Positions 22,250 through 37,200 of a DNA stretch of 64,000 bases are shown in pieces (the first letter of the stretch is position 1; each line of letters begins with the position of its first letter). Source of the DNA: Vitrella brassicaformis CCMP3155 (taxonomy: Eukaryota > Protista > Chromerida); contig CDMY01000254.1 of the NCBI GenBank assembly GCA_001179505.1, positions 1 to 64,000 on the forward strand, in the 5' to 3' direction. A program made the translations under genes and the position numbers. The notes under the pieces are model-generated. The model worked only from the letters and a program-made list of their open reading frames with translations, made no database searches and was not told the origin of the DNA.

Positions 22250-25200
22250 ATGCTCGAGCAGCACTTGAGCGGCGTTGTCGTGAGTCGACTCACAGATGCG
22301 CTCAATCCCATTCTTTCTCGACCTCTACATGACACCAACTGCACATTCAACGTAAGAAAGATGGAAAGATCTGCAAGACGACGAACGTGTTGTGTTTCAG
22401 AATGGGCAGCTGGAGGTGAAGAACCTTTCTCTGCGGCCGTCTCTGCTGGAGGAAGATTACAGCCTCCCGTTCAGGATCAGACAAAGTAAGGCTCGCAATG
22501 TGACAGCTGCCAGCGCTTCCTTTCGTGTGCACGCATTTGCTCCAGGTCATGTGGGGCAGCTGCGGCTCAAGATCCCGTGGAATCTGTTTTCACCCATCGA
22601 GCTGGAAGTGCAAGATGTGTTGGCTATCATCGGTATCCCAAACACCAACACACCATGAACATCGCGGCTTACTGGAGAGCCTTGTTCGTTTCCTTCAGAG
22701 TGTGTGCCTGAGGATCAGTGGGATTCATCTACCGCCTCGTCGCGCGAGCAAGCAAGGCGCGACAAGCACCTCAAGAAACTTATCGACAGGAGAAGGGGAA
22801 AGGGCGGCGGCGACTCGACGGCTGCTGGAGTAGGTGGGGGGATACTCGGTGCGTTCGTGAAGCATCAGCTCGGATCCTGGCTGTTCAATCGCATACACAT
22901 CACTGTCACGTTAGACCACACCCAAATAGAAGGGAAAACAAGAAAAAAGACGCTCGCATCGCGTCTTGTTCTTGTGTGGGGGATCAGGAATGTTCACATT
23001 CGCTACGAAGATGCCCATTCAGGTGTGTTTGCTTTCGCTGCTGGCGTTGTGCTGCCGGAGCTCACGCTGCACAGGCTCTCGCTCTCTGAGTCACTGAGTC
23101 GTCCGCCAAATACGACGGACGCCACCCCAGACAAGCAAAAGGTGTGGAAGAGCACATCAGGCAATCTGCGAAGTACCCTCTGGACCGGCGGGCGTTGGGC
23201 TTCCTGCGTTGGGTGTGTGTCAGTCGCTTCGTGTTGTGACGGCCGTCTACTGGACGTCATGCGAGCGGATGTTCCTCGCAGACCATCCTCAATGGGAACA
23301 AGGTATATTATTACGCCTTATAGTCAATGCATGTATCTCTTTCTGCCCTGCAGAGTTGCATCAGAGCACCCGCCACGTCCAACATGCAGCGTCATCCCTC
23401 TCGTCGAGCAGACCCCACGTGTCAGATCTCTCCAGCCCAGTGCCCCCTCCGCCTTTCCCCTCTACCCATCACCCCCCTCCCAGGACACTCTATCCGCCCA
23501 GCTTTTCATCGGGCCGCGAGGGGCAGCGCTACTTGACGGGACCGCCAATAGCTCACCGCGATGGTCAGCGCAGGGTATATGGTGGGTTGCGGCTTCCCTG
23601 GCATGGGAAGGCAGCTCGCGAGAATGTCTATGGATATCAGTATGGCGGGGAGGGACACTTGCGGATGGCTTACGTCTTGCCGCCAAGTAAGTCACCGAGT
23701 TTTTTCCTGTTCAGTCCGTGACAATGCCCGTTTCAGCTTCGCTGTCGATGGAGTTTGCAAGCCCCTGCCCAAAGACAGGTGAAGAAAAGACAGAACTGCA
23801 CTTGCACTTGATCCTTGCCTCTCTATTATCTTTCGTCTACATCCTTTAGGCGCCATGTTGTCCATCGTCGGCCACATCCCACCAGTCAGCGTCACGGTAG
23901 ACCAGCTTATACTGCAGGACATTCACAGCCTGCAGGACCACACGAACGCATGGCAAGCCTTCCAACGACACTGGTATGCCTGCAGGCGCGGTCGCATGAA
24001 CTCATGATACGGATGTCTTGTCTTTGTCCTCGTGAATATGCAGTTTTGAGTCTCCGTGGCGCTTCGGTGTTCTCCGGCCGTCTGTGCCTGCACACACGGA
24101 CCCGAGAGCCTGGTGGCGGTATGCATTCAGGTGTCTGCGGCTGTGCCGCTGGGAGGCCAACCCGATGGCCTACTGGTACACTCCGCCAATTGTGACACTC
24201 CTCAAGTGGCACAGGACCTATCTCATGCTCCTCAGAAGGAAAATCTATCAGGGCAGCAGCATGAGCGAGGTGGGCGGGAACAGATCGACAGGTGATTACT
24301 TCTTCGCTCTCTTGCTGCCAGGCTGACGAATACAGGTTGACTTGCTGGGAGTCGTCGCTGTGTGTTCCCTTCAAGCTGTTGGACATATGGAGGTAAGCAT
24401 GTGTAAGCATGACACTTGTGGGTGTTGAATGTGTTACCGTATGCCAGGCGTCAGGTATTGGGCGACCCCTCAGTACCCCCAGAGGTAGCAAAGACAGCAA
24501 CCAGAAGTCTCCACACCATATATAATATTGTACATTGCTCGGCGTCCTCTTCTTCACGTTCAGGACCTTGCACTGCTTGAAGGGAAGCGTCCATTTTCGT
24601 CGTCCACGCCTTTTGCGCCCGCGCATCCCTCGCAGGATCAGCACGAGCCATTCGACCACGACCTAACATCGGAGCTGATCGAAGGGGTGCATTTTACCAG
24701 CACCAGGGTGTCAAGGCACAGCCATAAGATGCAGCAGGGAAGGGAGAATCGAGCGCTGGAGAAGGGCTGGGGAGTTAAGAAAGAGGACGTGAAGAATTTC
24801 CTCAGGCAAGGGCATCACCGTGATGTAGCACAGGGCATGCCGCTTGGACGAATCGCCGGGCATTCCGTCTGCAGTGGGCTATTTGGGTCGCAAGCTGCTG
24901 CCTTGGGAGAGGAAGAGCTCGAAAAGACGACTGCAGAACTACAGGTGAGAATGACGGTCAACCGAATGACCATCGAACGTTCATCGCCTTGACGACAACT
25001 TGGACAGACTGTCGTGGGCAACGCGTCCGGCCAGCCAGCTGTTTTGTCATCCTTCGAGGCCCTCGATGTATGCTTCACCCTCTCGTGCCCGTCGATACAG
25101 ATCGTGCTGGTGGAAGTGGCGTCCCGTGCAGCCTTTGCGACTCCACCCGAAGGGTACTTAGCATTCCCCTTTGCCAGGGCACACCCGGACTGTCTCACAC

Positions 25201-28200
25201 CAAGTGTACAGCGGCAGCAGACATCCACGTACGGAAAGAAGCTCTGTCAGGCTAATTGTGAAAAGCCGTGTATTGTGCTCGTTTTTCTTGTTCTCATTAG
25301 TTCGTTGCCCCACCGCACGTGGCGCCACCCCGACTCCCGACCTCTGGGACGCCATGCTTTCGAGATGCACCTCAAGGCCATCCAAATCTCGGGCACAAAG
25401 CGAGCCATCGAAGGGTCAACAGGCGGTTTGAGGGCACAGGGCTCGATTGGTGACGCCTATGTGGGTGCTGTGGGTTTGCCGGATGACTGTCCGACTGATC
25501 AGTTCTCTTTTGTGCCTGTGGTGGGCGCAAAGGGCGAGGAGGGGGGAAGGAGGATTTGTATGGTGAAGGACGGCATGGGTGGAGGCGATGCAGTGTGTGA
25601 AGATGGTGAGGCACGAATGGTGTGCACACCGTCATGTTGACATCCCCACCTGCCCTCCGCCCACGTTTGCCTGCAGATTTGTATCGACACTGGAGCGATG
25701 CTCTTCTCTGGGCTTCCCTTCCCCTCACAAACAAGCGGCTCACCGAGGTGCCTCTCCCTGCCGATCCCCACACAGGGAGAAGGAAGGACAGCGGTGTGAG
25801 TTGCTTCGTGTCTGTTGATGTGGACGAGAGCGTCTTGGTCAAAGTCAGGGGACCTGTTGTACAGATGGCAAGGTGAACTGACTATTGATGGGAGTCTCAA
25901 TAGGACAACTGTTGTCCGTTCTGTGTCCTTAGATCTTCTGTCATGGCTCTTAAGTTCTTTGCCGATCATGCATCGCTCCCCTCCGAGGCCCTCATGATGG
26001 ACAAGAGCTACCGTCAAGTCATTCCGGCTCTCCCAGTCACCTCTCCATCGCGGCCGCAGGCCTCATCTCGTGTGGTGCACCAGGATGTCCGGCTGGAGGT
26101 GCATCATGGATGTGCCGTCTTGCAGGGCAGTGGAGATGTCGTGCCAAGAGGCGGCAGTGAAAGAGCTGGTGTGAGTGTGATGGACGTACCTGCGGCTGTC
26201 GTCGAAGCGGATGTCATCATCGTCACAGTAGAAAGGGATGCCACCAGCCTTCGAGGTGCGGTGGAACAAATGCGATACACAGACCGGTACCTATCTTGCT
26301 GTGCTTATCGTACGACGCGTTTCAGGCAAGATTGGTTCACAAAGCCCCGGCAGTGTGGCGCGTCACATCCACACGCTCGTCCGCTTGGCGGCTATCGAAA
26401 TGGGCATCTACACGTGGCACGCCCTCGCCGACTGGTATAACTTCGGGCGTCCCTGGAGCAAGAACGAAAGCACGGCCCACACATTCTCCAAGTACCGACA
26501 GCGTGTCGACCATGTGTTGGCCATGCCAACAACAAGCGGCAAGAGCACCCCGCCCCCCAGCGACTCATCTCTGCCCGAGTCGCCACCTCTTTCCGCTGTT
26601 GCCGCACTCTCGCTATCGCCAGGCAGCTCTCCCTCGCTCCCCCCTTCATCTATCCCGCCATCAGAGGGCGACAGTCCGGTCTTGTTCTTCCCCCTCTTCC
26701 GCGGCTCTGCGGAGATTACGATGGCGCTTCTGGCCGAGAAGGATCCGTACGCCCACCTGACACTTATCGATCAGAGCGTTCGGGTTGCTGTCAGGGGCGG
26801 CCAGCTGGCGATCGGTGACGTGCCTCTGGGACTTGTGGGCAGCATACTGGATGGCTTCGATGTCATTCTGCCATCAAGAGGGCCACTGATGAAGTCCGGC
26901 TGGCTCGCCGTGGACAGTGGCGATGACACAAGACGGCAAGACGACAGACAAGGGGGCATGATGGCAGGCTTGAGGCTGCCCGCTTTGTCACTCCGGCATA
27001 CTTCCTCCCCTGCCACGCGTGAGCTGTATTGGGCAGAGGTGTGTGCATTGTCACGCGGTGGGAACCAGAAGGGCGCTCCGTGCATCTACCTCTATGCCTT
27101 TCCGTCGTCTTCTCTTCCCGCGAGGGTCCTGCAACCCACGTCGGTCAGCATTGTGGGGCCCGCTGCTCGTGTTGATCCAGAGGGACCGCCGCGCGAGCTG
27201 CGGTTCGAATGTCTTGAGCAGGATGGACAGGTGACAAGACACAGGAATGAGACGACCCTCAGACATGTGTCGATGTGCTTGTGATGTGCAGCGCGACAGG
27301 TTCCGCACTGTCGAGCCAGTTGGTGCATCATCGTGGGTCCGCACTTGGCAGCTGGCGCCCCCGTGTCTGTTGCCGACTGTGCTGCGCCGCCAAGATGCCC
27401 CTCACTGGCACAGGAGCATCCACGCCAGGGTGTTGTGTGACAAGCTGATACTGCAGCTCGTCAAGGACCTCCAGCCGTCCATCGAAATCAGGTACAAAGG
27501 ACTAGAAATGAGCTGTTCCAGACTCGGAGCATGATCGGTCTCGATTTGCGTGCATGTATTGCAGGTTGTTTGGGTTGGGGCTGGATCTGGCCTCGAGTGC
27601 TACTCAGGGAACGAGCGTCCGTGCACTCATGCGGGATTTCCTCATCGAGGATGTCGGCTTCCCCCAACACGACAGGCGGCGGTTCATGGGCGGCAGGCGG
27701 TCGTTCCACGACGGCAAAAAGGGCCAGCTTCCTCTTCTCGCCCCGTCCCTCCTGCCTTTTGCACTGCCGTCGAGCCCCTCACCTGTCCCGTCGCATTCGC
27801 GAGGGAAGGGAGTAAGAGTGGGCGGCTTCGTCCTCGACATGGACATGAACGTCGACACTATGCAGGGCGCCGTCACCCTGCAGCCCATCGCACTAAGTCT
27901 GACGCCACTGACGGTGCGCCACGTTTGCGTGTGCGTGACGGCAATGGCAGAGAGGCCCTTGCAGAGCGCCTTTGTGAGAGACGTGCAGCTGTACCTGCCC
28001 CCAAAGCAGATCGTGCCCCGAGAGCCATTGCCACACGTGTTGGTGGGGATGAGGCGGCACTCGATGGTCACAGTGAGGGTGGAGCGGGTGCACTTTATCT
28101 GCCTACAGACACTGGGGTTCACCCAACAAGGTACAGTATCCACACAGAGGAGAACCCTTTCATAGTAGCAACACGCATCCCCGTCTTCCTTGCTTCTCCT

Positions 28201-31200
28201 GTCGGCCAGGACTCGAGATAGCTGGTGTGGATGTAGGTGACCTGATGCTTCGCAAGGGGTCCAAAGGGTGGCTGGTGCAGATCGGCACTCTCCGCGTCAA
28301 CGGGCCAGAGATCCTCCCATTCTTTCTATCCCACACGTCACCCCACGCCCCATCCAGTCCACAGACCCCCCCCAGCACAACCAAGAGTCTCATTTTTGCC
28401 GCCCCATCCCACTTTGCTGTGGACGAGGAGCCGCAATCTGGCAAGTGGGTGGGCCACTCCTCGCTTGTCAGCTCTTCTGCGGCCCCCATCGGCAAGCGGA
28501 GCACGGCCGTCAGCGGGCCCTGGATCGATGTGCGCTGCGGCACCGACACTGCGGCCCTGTCGTCGCTTGCGGAGCTGGTGTCGCGAGAGAGGGATGGAGA
28601 GCTGGGTCAGCAGACTCTAGCTACGAATAAGGAGGAGGGTGGCAGCGATGCTAGTTACTACCATAGTGAGCCGAGGGGTCACGAGCTCTCTGTGCGGGTG
28701 GCTCCTTCCAACCTGGTGGTGCAGATGCGGCTCTTGGCGCCCTTGATGGACTATATCAGCGACATCAAGAACGGTCTCACCTTCCTGGAACTCCCCGACG
28801 CACCTCCCCCGACGGCTCGCGTCCATGTGCCGCCGCCCCCGTCCCCTTCGCCCCTCCCCACCCCAGGGCGAGGCCATGCACTCGATGAGGACATGGAGAG
28901 CAAGATAGCGGCAGGGGTGCTGCGATTCGTGGCCGAGCGGGGCAGGAACGAGAAGGGAGACGAGACCACCGATGGGGATGAAGAACAAGCAGATGGAGCG
29001 AAGGGCGGGGCCGAGGGCGACAAGGGCATCCATGAGTCCCAACCTCGGTCGCATGAGAGCAGTCACGGTGATGAGCCAGTGTGGCTCGTGAGCCTAGATG
29101 TGCACCTCCCGGTGGTCCATGTGCCGTCAGCTGACCATCCCGTGGTCGCTCGCGGGGATGACGGCACGAGCGGTGCCCAGCAAGCCACCTTTGCTTATTG
29201 CTATAATCCATATGGGAGGCGGATCGTCCTCCGCACCGGTGAGCAAAGGGCAATTCAAACGAGATACACAAGTGCCAGGCAGGATATGTCTGTGTCTGCA
29301 GGTGTGGTCAGTGTGTCCTACTCGATCAAGGAGTCCCTCACGTTCCCCCCGTTCCCTCTCCCGCCCCCACCTCTTCATTCGTCCACCGGCCCCATCCCCG
29401 ACCCCTCTCCCTTCACGTTGCTTGGGTGCATCCACCGTGCCACATGGACGGGGTGCTCTATCGACCTGGTGCATCCACTCACCCTCCTGCAATCAGACAC
29501 GGCCGATCAGCCCAATGTGCAGAATGTGCGTCAGAACATCTCATCTGAGATTCGGGTCGAGCTGGGGCTGTGGGAAGGATACGGGAGCGGGATCGATGGC
29601 TTGGATCTTGTGCGCTACGCGTCGTGTGACGTCGGTACTGTGAGGTTTTGCGTGTCCCCTCACGTTTTGGGAGTGCTGAGGAGCGCCCTGCGAGGTGCAT
29701 CTCGGCTGCCTCTGCTGCCCCCACACATGCCGCTGCAGCCGAGGACGGCCGCTATGAAGGTAAGCAAAAAAGCATGGGTTGTTCCTGTAGAGCACCTCTG
29801 ACCTGCTGTTCGGTGTTTGATCAGTCGGGAGCTGTGCGTGGGCCCTCCCCGTCCACGGCTCGGTCCTCTGCGTCTCTAGTGCGCTGGTCGCTAATCAGGG
29901 GGGCGGCTGGGCAAGCAGGGAAGAGGCTACCAGGGCCTCGCTTTCTTGCGCATGTCACGCTTGAAGGCATAAAGGCACAGGTAAGTAAAGAACGAAAGCA
30001 GACCACGACAGGGGCATAGCTTTCATAGAGAAAAGTCTCTGAAATCCCTGTTGCAGGTGTGTGACAGTGGGCGGTCTGGCGTGCTCGAGGGCCAGTTGAC
30101 CGATGTCGATATTTTGGTTGTCACTCCCCAGCCATCACTGTGGTCAGAAGATCCTGTCGATAACGGCTCAGGCCGGGTGCCGCTCCTTCCTCTGCTATCC
30201 AACACCGAGTAGGGTGGCTCGATGGTACCGATCCATCCAGATGTATGGGTGACTACTGCATGTGCAGGTCTACTTACTGCCGTGCTTCTGTTGGTCATTT
30301 TGGTGTGGACGAGGCGGTCATTGGAGTATCTCAAAGCCAATCGCAGCTGCCGGTCCTTCGGTTTAAATCCGACGGCAATCAAGAAAATGGGCATGTTCTC
30401 ACGATCGAAGCAGGTACGCAGAGCGCAACTGCAAGAGTCATTCCACTCACCGTTGCTGTTTGTGCTCTGCAGGTCTTCGGCACGACGCCCCGATTCGCTG
30501 TATCGCATGGGACGCTTCCCGCCAGGATAGACTCGAAATGTCTGACGAGTCCACCGTCACTCGTGTCACGGCCGTCAATGTTGGGGCACCTGACATCCAC
30601 ATTCGCCCCACTATGCTGCAGTCGGTGCTCAGGGTGCAGCGTGAGGCTGCCAGCATGATGCAAGACCAACCAGATGCGACAGGACAGAGCGGTGACCGGC
30701 ATGCGTCCCTCGTCGATGAAATCAGCAAGGGCATGTATTATGCAGGGCAGCAGATCGGCCCGCGGGCGCAATGGTTGGCGCAAAGGTATCGGCAGTACTT
30801 CGATGTCATCAAGAACCAACCCACTCAGCACGAGCCGCGAAGCAGCCCCCCATCTCCCTCCAACAGCCGGCACAAAGCAGCACCACCCCTTCCCACACCT
30901 TTCCAGGATGACGACCTGTTGTCCTTGATTGGCGTTTCCGCTGGTGCCGTGTTGATGTGTCTCATTGTGGACCGACTTGAGGTCTGTTGTCCTTCAGTGG
31001 GCCTGACGTGCCACTTGATCAACGGAGCGACCATGACGGCGACGGTAGAAGGGCTAAACATGGAGTCATCCGGCCAGACGGTGATCGTGCAACGAAGCCC
31101 TCAGGGTACCAGCGCGAAAGAAAAGGTACGGAAAGGGAAGCATGTATCTGATTTTGTTTGGATTCAATATTGGCCTCCCTTTGTCAGGCTGACATCGAGG

Positions 31201-34200
31201 TCTGCAGTGCCATGAGTGCCTCCCTGTCATCCATTCACATCCATCGGGCTACCCCCGAGACGTCCGACTGTCCGTTTCCCCTCCTGAGGCCCTTTCCAGC
31301 CTCCATCCACCTGAGTGTCTCACTCCCACTCCCTCGGCCCTTCCCCCTGCCCACCCACGCTGGAGCAGCCCCCCCTCCACTCCTCCCCCCATCCGCCCCC
31401 GAACCCGCTGCACAGTGGGACGGGTCTATGCCCACCGAAACGCAACAGGGTCGCCAGAAGTGGGACGCCGGAGATGTCTGTGAAGGTCATCTGCGGCCCA
31501 TGATCAAGGGTGATGTGAGAGCTGGGCCAGTGGTGCTGAGGGTGGGCTATCGTGATGCAAAGCGGCTGGCGGATATGCTGGAGGCCATCAAAAACGCGGG
31601 CGACACTGGCCAGGATGACTTTGGGACGGGAGAGCAAGACGGAAAGAGGCACCTCTTTTGCTACGGCACACATGACGATGGCATACGTCAAGAGGAGATG
31701 GGCAGGTGGGAGCACGTGTGGCCGCTACGTGACATCTCCACAACAGGCGACCGTCGCCAAGGTAGCAGCACTGGGACGTCCCCCACACTGATGCCCCGCC
31801 ACTCGGTCGAAGCGTCCGCCTATCGCCAAGCCATGAGCCACTCGCCGTTCTTCCACCCGCTGTGGAAGTACCGCAATAGCGTGCGACTTGACGACACCAT
31901 GGAGGCGTACTGGACTCAGCAAGTCAGCAAGGCCGCCAGCATGCAAGACACGAGGAAGGCGGCTCTCGAGAGAGCCAGGAAGCGGGAGTGCGTTGCCCCG
32001 CTACCCCCTCTGTCGCTTGCATCCCTGGCGTCCGTCGTGAAGCACAGCTGCACGTTTGCTGCTCTCGCATCAACCGCTATTCGGCACCCTTCGGACTTGA
32101 GAGTGGAGTTCCCATCGGTGGACGTGGGCATGCATTTCGGTGAGGTTGATGTGGTGCTTTGGAATGACATCAAGCCGCTCGTCAGGCCCAAGCCACTGCT
32201 GAAACTCGTGATGGGTAAGGAGTCAAGGTACTGGGGGCCTCCGTTCCTATCGACCGTCGTGCCGCCTGCTTTGTGAGGTGTAGGTCCTTCATCTGTAACC
32301 ATCGCATCTCAGTTGACGTCCCATCCCCCAGAGGCCGCTGTGACTATCGAAACGGCCACCAATGTTTCTGCCAGGTGAGTAATCGAACAGTGCCCGAGGA
32401 GTAAGGAAAAACCCACCAACTGCGTCGTGCCTGTTGGTGTTGATTTCAGTATTTGCGCGAGTCCGCTGCGTGTGTGGGAGCCCCTCGCCGAGCCGGTCGC
32501 AGTTGGACTGTCTGCTCAGCACAAGATGGGACTGCCAGCGTCCCAGGGGGACAGCGGTGGTGCGTCTGCACAGACTGATGTGCGGGTCGATGTCAAGGGG
32601 CCAGTGCTGGTAAGTGACAATGCGGACAGGGCATGCACTCAGGAGTGAGTGTCGTGTACCTGTGTTCGTGCAGCTTTGCGTAAGTACCGCACAGTTGATG
32701 GCCCTCAGATCCATCGTCGCCGATCTGTCGCAAGACTGGCGAAGCAAGACACTGCCAAGCCCTCACTCGCCGCCCTCGTCTCTGTCCAGCACGGACGGTC
32801 GCATCATCCTGGCGTCCCAGGCGGCCAAATGGGGAAATCGTGGAACAAGGGTGGTGACACAGTGGGAGCCCAGGTGGATCGCTAATGTTCTGCAGCAACA
32901 ACACCTCCAGCTGGCCGCCTTCATGTCAGCCGTGAAGCAGGAGACGGGAGCGAAGAGAGGAGCCAGACTGTGGAAGGTCGTGAGGAGGCGGCTGCCCGAG
33001 ATCATCGGCAAGGGGCACCGGGACGCGATGATGCGATTCCGCGGTGTTGGACAGATAACGCAGGCCATCCTGCGTGACTATCCTGTCATCATCCTCAATC
33101 GTACGGGCCTGCCCGTCCGCATCCGGCTCATCTGGCGCCCAGGACAGCGCACTTGGGTTGAGGGGCACTTCGACGACGAGCCGGGTGACTCGATATACGA
33201 GCTGCCCCGACTGGATGGGCAAGAGGGGCGCGAGAGGCAGAGGGGCTCCTACCATATCGCTGCCGGGACGGACTGCGGCATTCCTCCGTCTGTTTATGAT
33301 GACGATACGCTGGTGGACGTTCACTTCAAGCACCCTCACTCATCAGTTGCTGATGAGACGTATCTCGCCTCGATCAGAGGGGTCGACCTCGCCCCTCTCC
33401 TCTTGCCCTCCCCACGAGCGACCATCCTTCCTACCTCACCCCCCTCGACTGTTATGCTCACTGTCAACCTATCGGAGACCGGCAGGCGAATCGTGCGCCT
33501 TGCCTCGCCCCTCCAAGTGGTCAATGTCACTCCATTACCGCTCACAGTGAGGGCTCTCAAGCCGACGAGTCACGTCGGGGCGAGCGAGGTGGCGTTTGAG
33601 TTCCCATTGGTGCCCGAGGGGGGCGGAGGAGGGGTCTTGCCTGCATACGAGACGTCAGTCACCTCCATCCAGCTGAGAGCGGGTGCGTTGTGGAGCGCCG
33701 CCTTCGGACTCACTGCCGTGGCGGAACTCATCAGGGCCAGCAGTATGCCGGGGGCAGCTGCCCACGACCAGGGCTACCAAGAAGCAGACAAGACATATCG
33801 GGGGTTCGTGGTGATCACTGATGACAACGGGACGGCACACACGGTTCTGGTGACGGCTGCTGTCGAGAGTGCCATGGTGCGACTTGCAAGCGGGTCTGTT
33901 CATCCCCCTTCATTCGCCCCCGTGCCTCTCTTCCGCACGGTGCTCTCGCTGAAGCCCCCAGTGCGCGTCAACAACTCGCTGCCCGTCCCTGTGCGCTTCC
34001 GTCTCGGCGGCTCTCCGTCCGACACCTACATGTCATCAGCAGCGTTCCTCCGGCCCTTCCACAGTGTTCCCGTGTTCTCGCACAGCACTGGTCGGGACAT
34101 CTGCGTGTCGGTGGCTGTCTATGATCTGCCCTGGAGTGAGCCAAGGTGTGTGTGGACCGGCACACATGACACGCCTTTCAATGCATTGAGGGAAGTGGAT

Positions 34201-37200
34201 TCGTCGCCGCATGTCCAGGAGGATGAAATCCCGCTGCAGGGCACCTGCGGGCGTCTGTGCAGTGTCGCCATAGAGACGACCAGCGGCCAGATCGAAGCGG
34301 CGGAGGACGTCACCCTGACCATCCGAGCGCCGTTCTGGCTTGTGAGCCGACTTTACGAGCCCCTGGCGTTTGCAGTGCCCTCATCCTCTCCACCCACGTC
34401 AGCTTGTGACGGCGGGCGGGGGAAAGCGTCTCGTGGGCTGCTTGATGCGAGTGCCCTGACGGCTAGTCAGGGGAGCAGGGCGGGTACAGCCACGTTTGAT
34501 CTCGAGCTGGACAGCACGAGAGACTGGCCTCATATAGTGGATACGCCCGGGTAAGAGGAGCAACCGAAGCAGGAACTAAGTCGCGGAATCATTGTCTGCT
34601 TGTCTGATGTAGGCTGCGATGGCTTGGCGGGAGGGCGCCATTTCTCACCCACAGCCCCAAGCTATCAGTGGCGGTGTGGGACGTGCCCCTTCACATGTGG
34701 TGCCCCCCACCCACCTACGCACATCTCAACCTGGCGGACCTCCAGACCAACATGACCACAGCCAATGCCACATTCAAATCTGGATCGTCTTCGCGGCGAA
34801 TGGTGCCCATTCGCGTGGGCCGCTTCGACGTCATCGCTTCCACGCGTAGAGTGGATCTTGGGGTCGGTGGGCAGCAGCGGTCTGCTTCGTCCACGTTGGT
34901 GGAGTTTCGCCCTCGATTCCTGCTCTACAACTACACCGGATGGGAGCTGGAGGTCAAGCAGGATCTCGCTTACATCCCTCCGCCGCTCACGACCACCCAC
35001 CTACGACCAGGGGAGTGTCAGCCTTTTCACTTCATCAATGCGGACGTGGACTACGCGCTGGCCATCCGGGTGGCATCCATCCCCCCGTTCCTCCGCAATC
35101 GTGCATGTACCGGAGCGTGCAGAAGGGCCGCTAGCCAGTCCACCACCGAGCAAGGGCACGAGCCATTCATGGGCCTGCGGAATGCCGCCGGCAGTGAAGC
35201 GGAAAAAGGACCTGTCAAGAAGGACCGCAAAGTGGGTCGATGGTTCACGCGCAGGCAAGGAGAAGAGGGGTCGACCAAGGCAGCATCGGGTGCCGCGTCG
35301 CCAGCCGTCCGCGCCTCGGCTGGCCCGCCACCGATGCTCAACAAGGACGTGCTCGGCTTCCTCTGCTGTGTGGAGAGACGGGCAGGCGATGGTAGAGAGG
35401 GTGATGGAGCACAGCGCCATGGGGGCACGGGTGACTGTCGGTGTGTCTACGAGTGCGTGTGGACCGAGGGACTGTCCATACTCACACCAACGGAGCGCAC
35501 CATGCCTCTGTGGGGGCCGAGACCGCCACCAAAGACGGATGCGAGGCAGCGATCAGGCGGTCAGCCAGCTGATGAGGCAGCCACGGCGTCCCCCTTCGCA
35601 TGGCTTGACGCCATGCTCAGCCATCTGTACAGTTGTACCGCTGCTCGTGTCCGGGGGGGGGCGCAGGAGGGTGAAGGGCAAGCGGGAAATCACAGTGGAA
35701 TCCCGGCTCTCCTGAGCGCAGTGCGGGCGGAGATCGTGACGAGCGGCTCAGATGGCGTGTCACATGTGTTCTTCATGCCCGCTGACCGGCCTGACATCCA
35801 AATTGAAAACCATCTCAGTCAAGAGGCGGTCCTGATAAGACAAGTACCTGTGCACAACGCAGCATCAAAATACTCTCACAGCTGAAGTCTCTTTTCTCTT
35901 CTATTGTGTTCTGGTTTGGTGCTACAGTACGGTCAGACGTTGAGTGAGGAGTATTCGATGCTGCCGTCGTTGGAAGCCATGCCCTTCTGGTGGCCGCACC
36001 CCCGCACCATCCCCACATACGGTGAATATCTGGAGGTCCGCGTGCCCACGTGCGAGGACGACTGGCTCATTCTCGACCCGAAACAGCTCCTGGCCGACAC
36101 CACCGCCAACGACGACATGACCGCCACCGAGAGCCATCCGCATATGAAGACCTACGAGTGAGTCAGTGAGTGGGCTAGTGAATGACGCCCTGCTGCTATG
36201 TCCGTTTTTGCGTTCGTCAGTGGCCGTTCTATCTACATCCGATGTCGTTCTGAGGGCTCGACGATCGTCATCTCGCTGACAGACTTCGACCCTCGCAATC
36301 CAACGGGGATGAAGGCACATAGTGGCCACCTCAACCACGCACCGGCGACGCTGCCCACTGGCAGGCATGACTTCATCCCAGTGGCAGTCAAACGATCAAG
36401 GCGGGGTAAGAAAAGAGGAAGGCCGAGTGACAGCACATGCATACAGCGGTCTGCTACTTGGCTTTCCATTTTCAGTGAACGTGTTCCTTCCTTCCGTCTC
36501 ATTCTCCGCCGTTGGGCTGACGTGTGAGCTCTTCCACCTGCGCGTCAGTGGCATTTCTCTCGCTACTTTCATGGCCAACCACCCGCAGAAGAGCATGGTG
36601 TTTAGGGGTACCATCGTCCGCTGTCAGCTGGACCATCAGTGGACGGCACCATCCCCCGACCTGGAGCCGCTGCAGCCAGGCAGCCCTCTCGATGACAGTG
36701 GTGCGCACGGGGCTGTGTTTCCCGTCCTGCTGGCGCCTGCACGTGCAACTGATCCGGATCGGCCGCTGGTGGAATTCTCACTGGGAAAAAGCTACTGGTG
36801 AGCAGTTGCAGGAAAGAAACATGTATGGGTCGGCTTATGTTGTCCTTTTATGTTCTCCCACTTAGCACTCATGACGAAGCTCTGGAGTTGTCTCTGGCAC
36901 AGCACTTTCGCCGCAGCACTCAGGTCTTGGGAAGTGCATTGGGTTCGTCAACCAACATCATGCCGTCACCCAGGCGCAAGCCAATGGCCACGGTCGAGGG
37001 GGCTGGCGACAGCCGACATGGCGGCGCCTTGTCGGTCACGCCATGTGTCGATTATCGCAGCGAGCGGCTGTTTGAGTGGGATATTGTCGGGTTCGCCGAC
37101 CGGGAAGTGGGTCGCGGGGGAGTGGGCGACGGAGGGGTGACTTTCTTCGGCAATCCGGCGGTCAATCACTTCGATTTCATCAAAGTGGCTGTTGGGGACC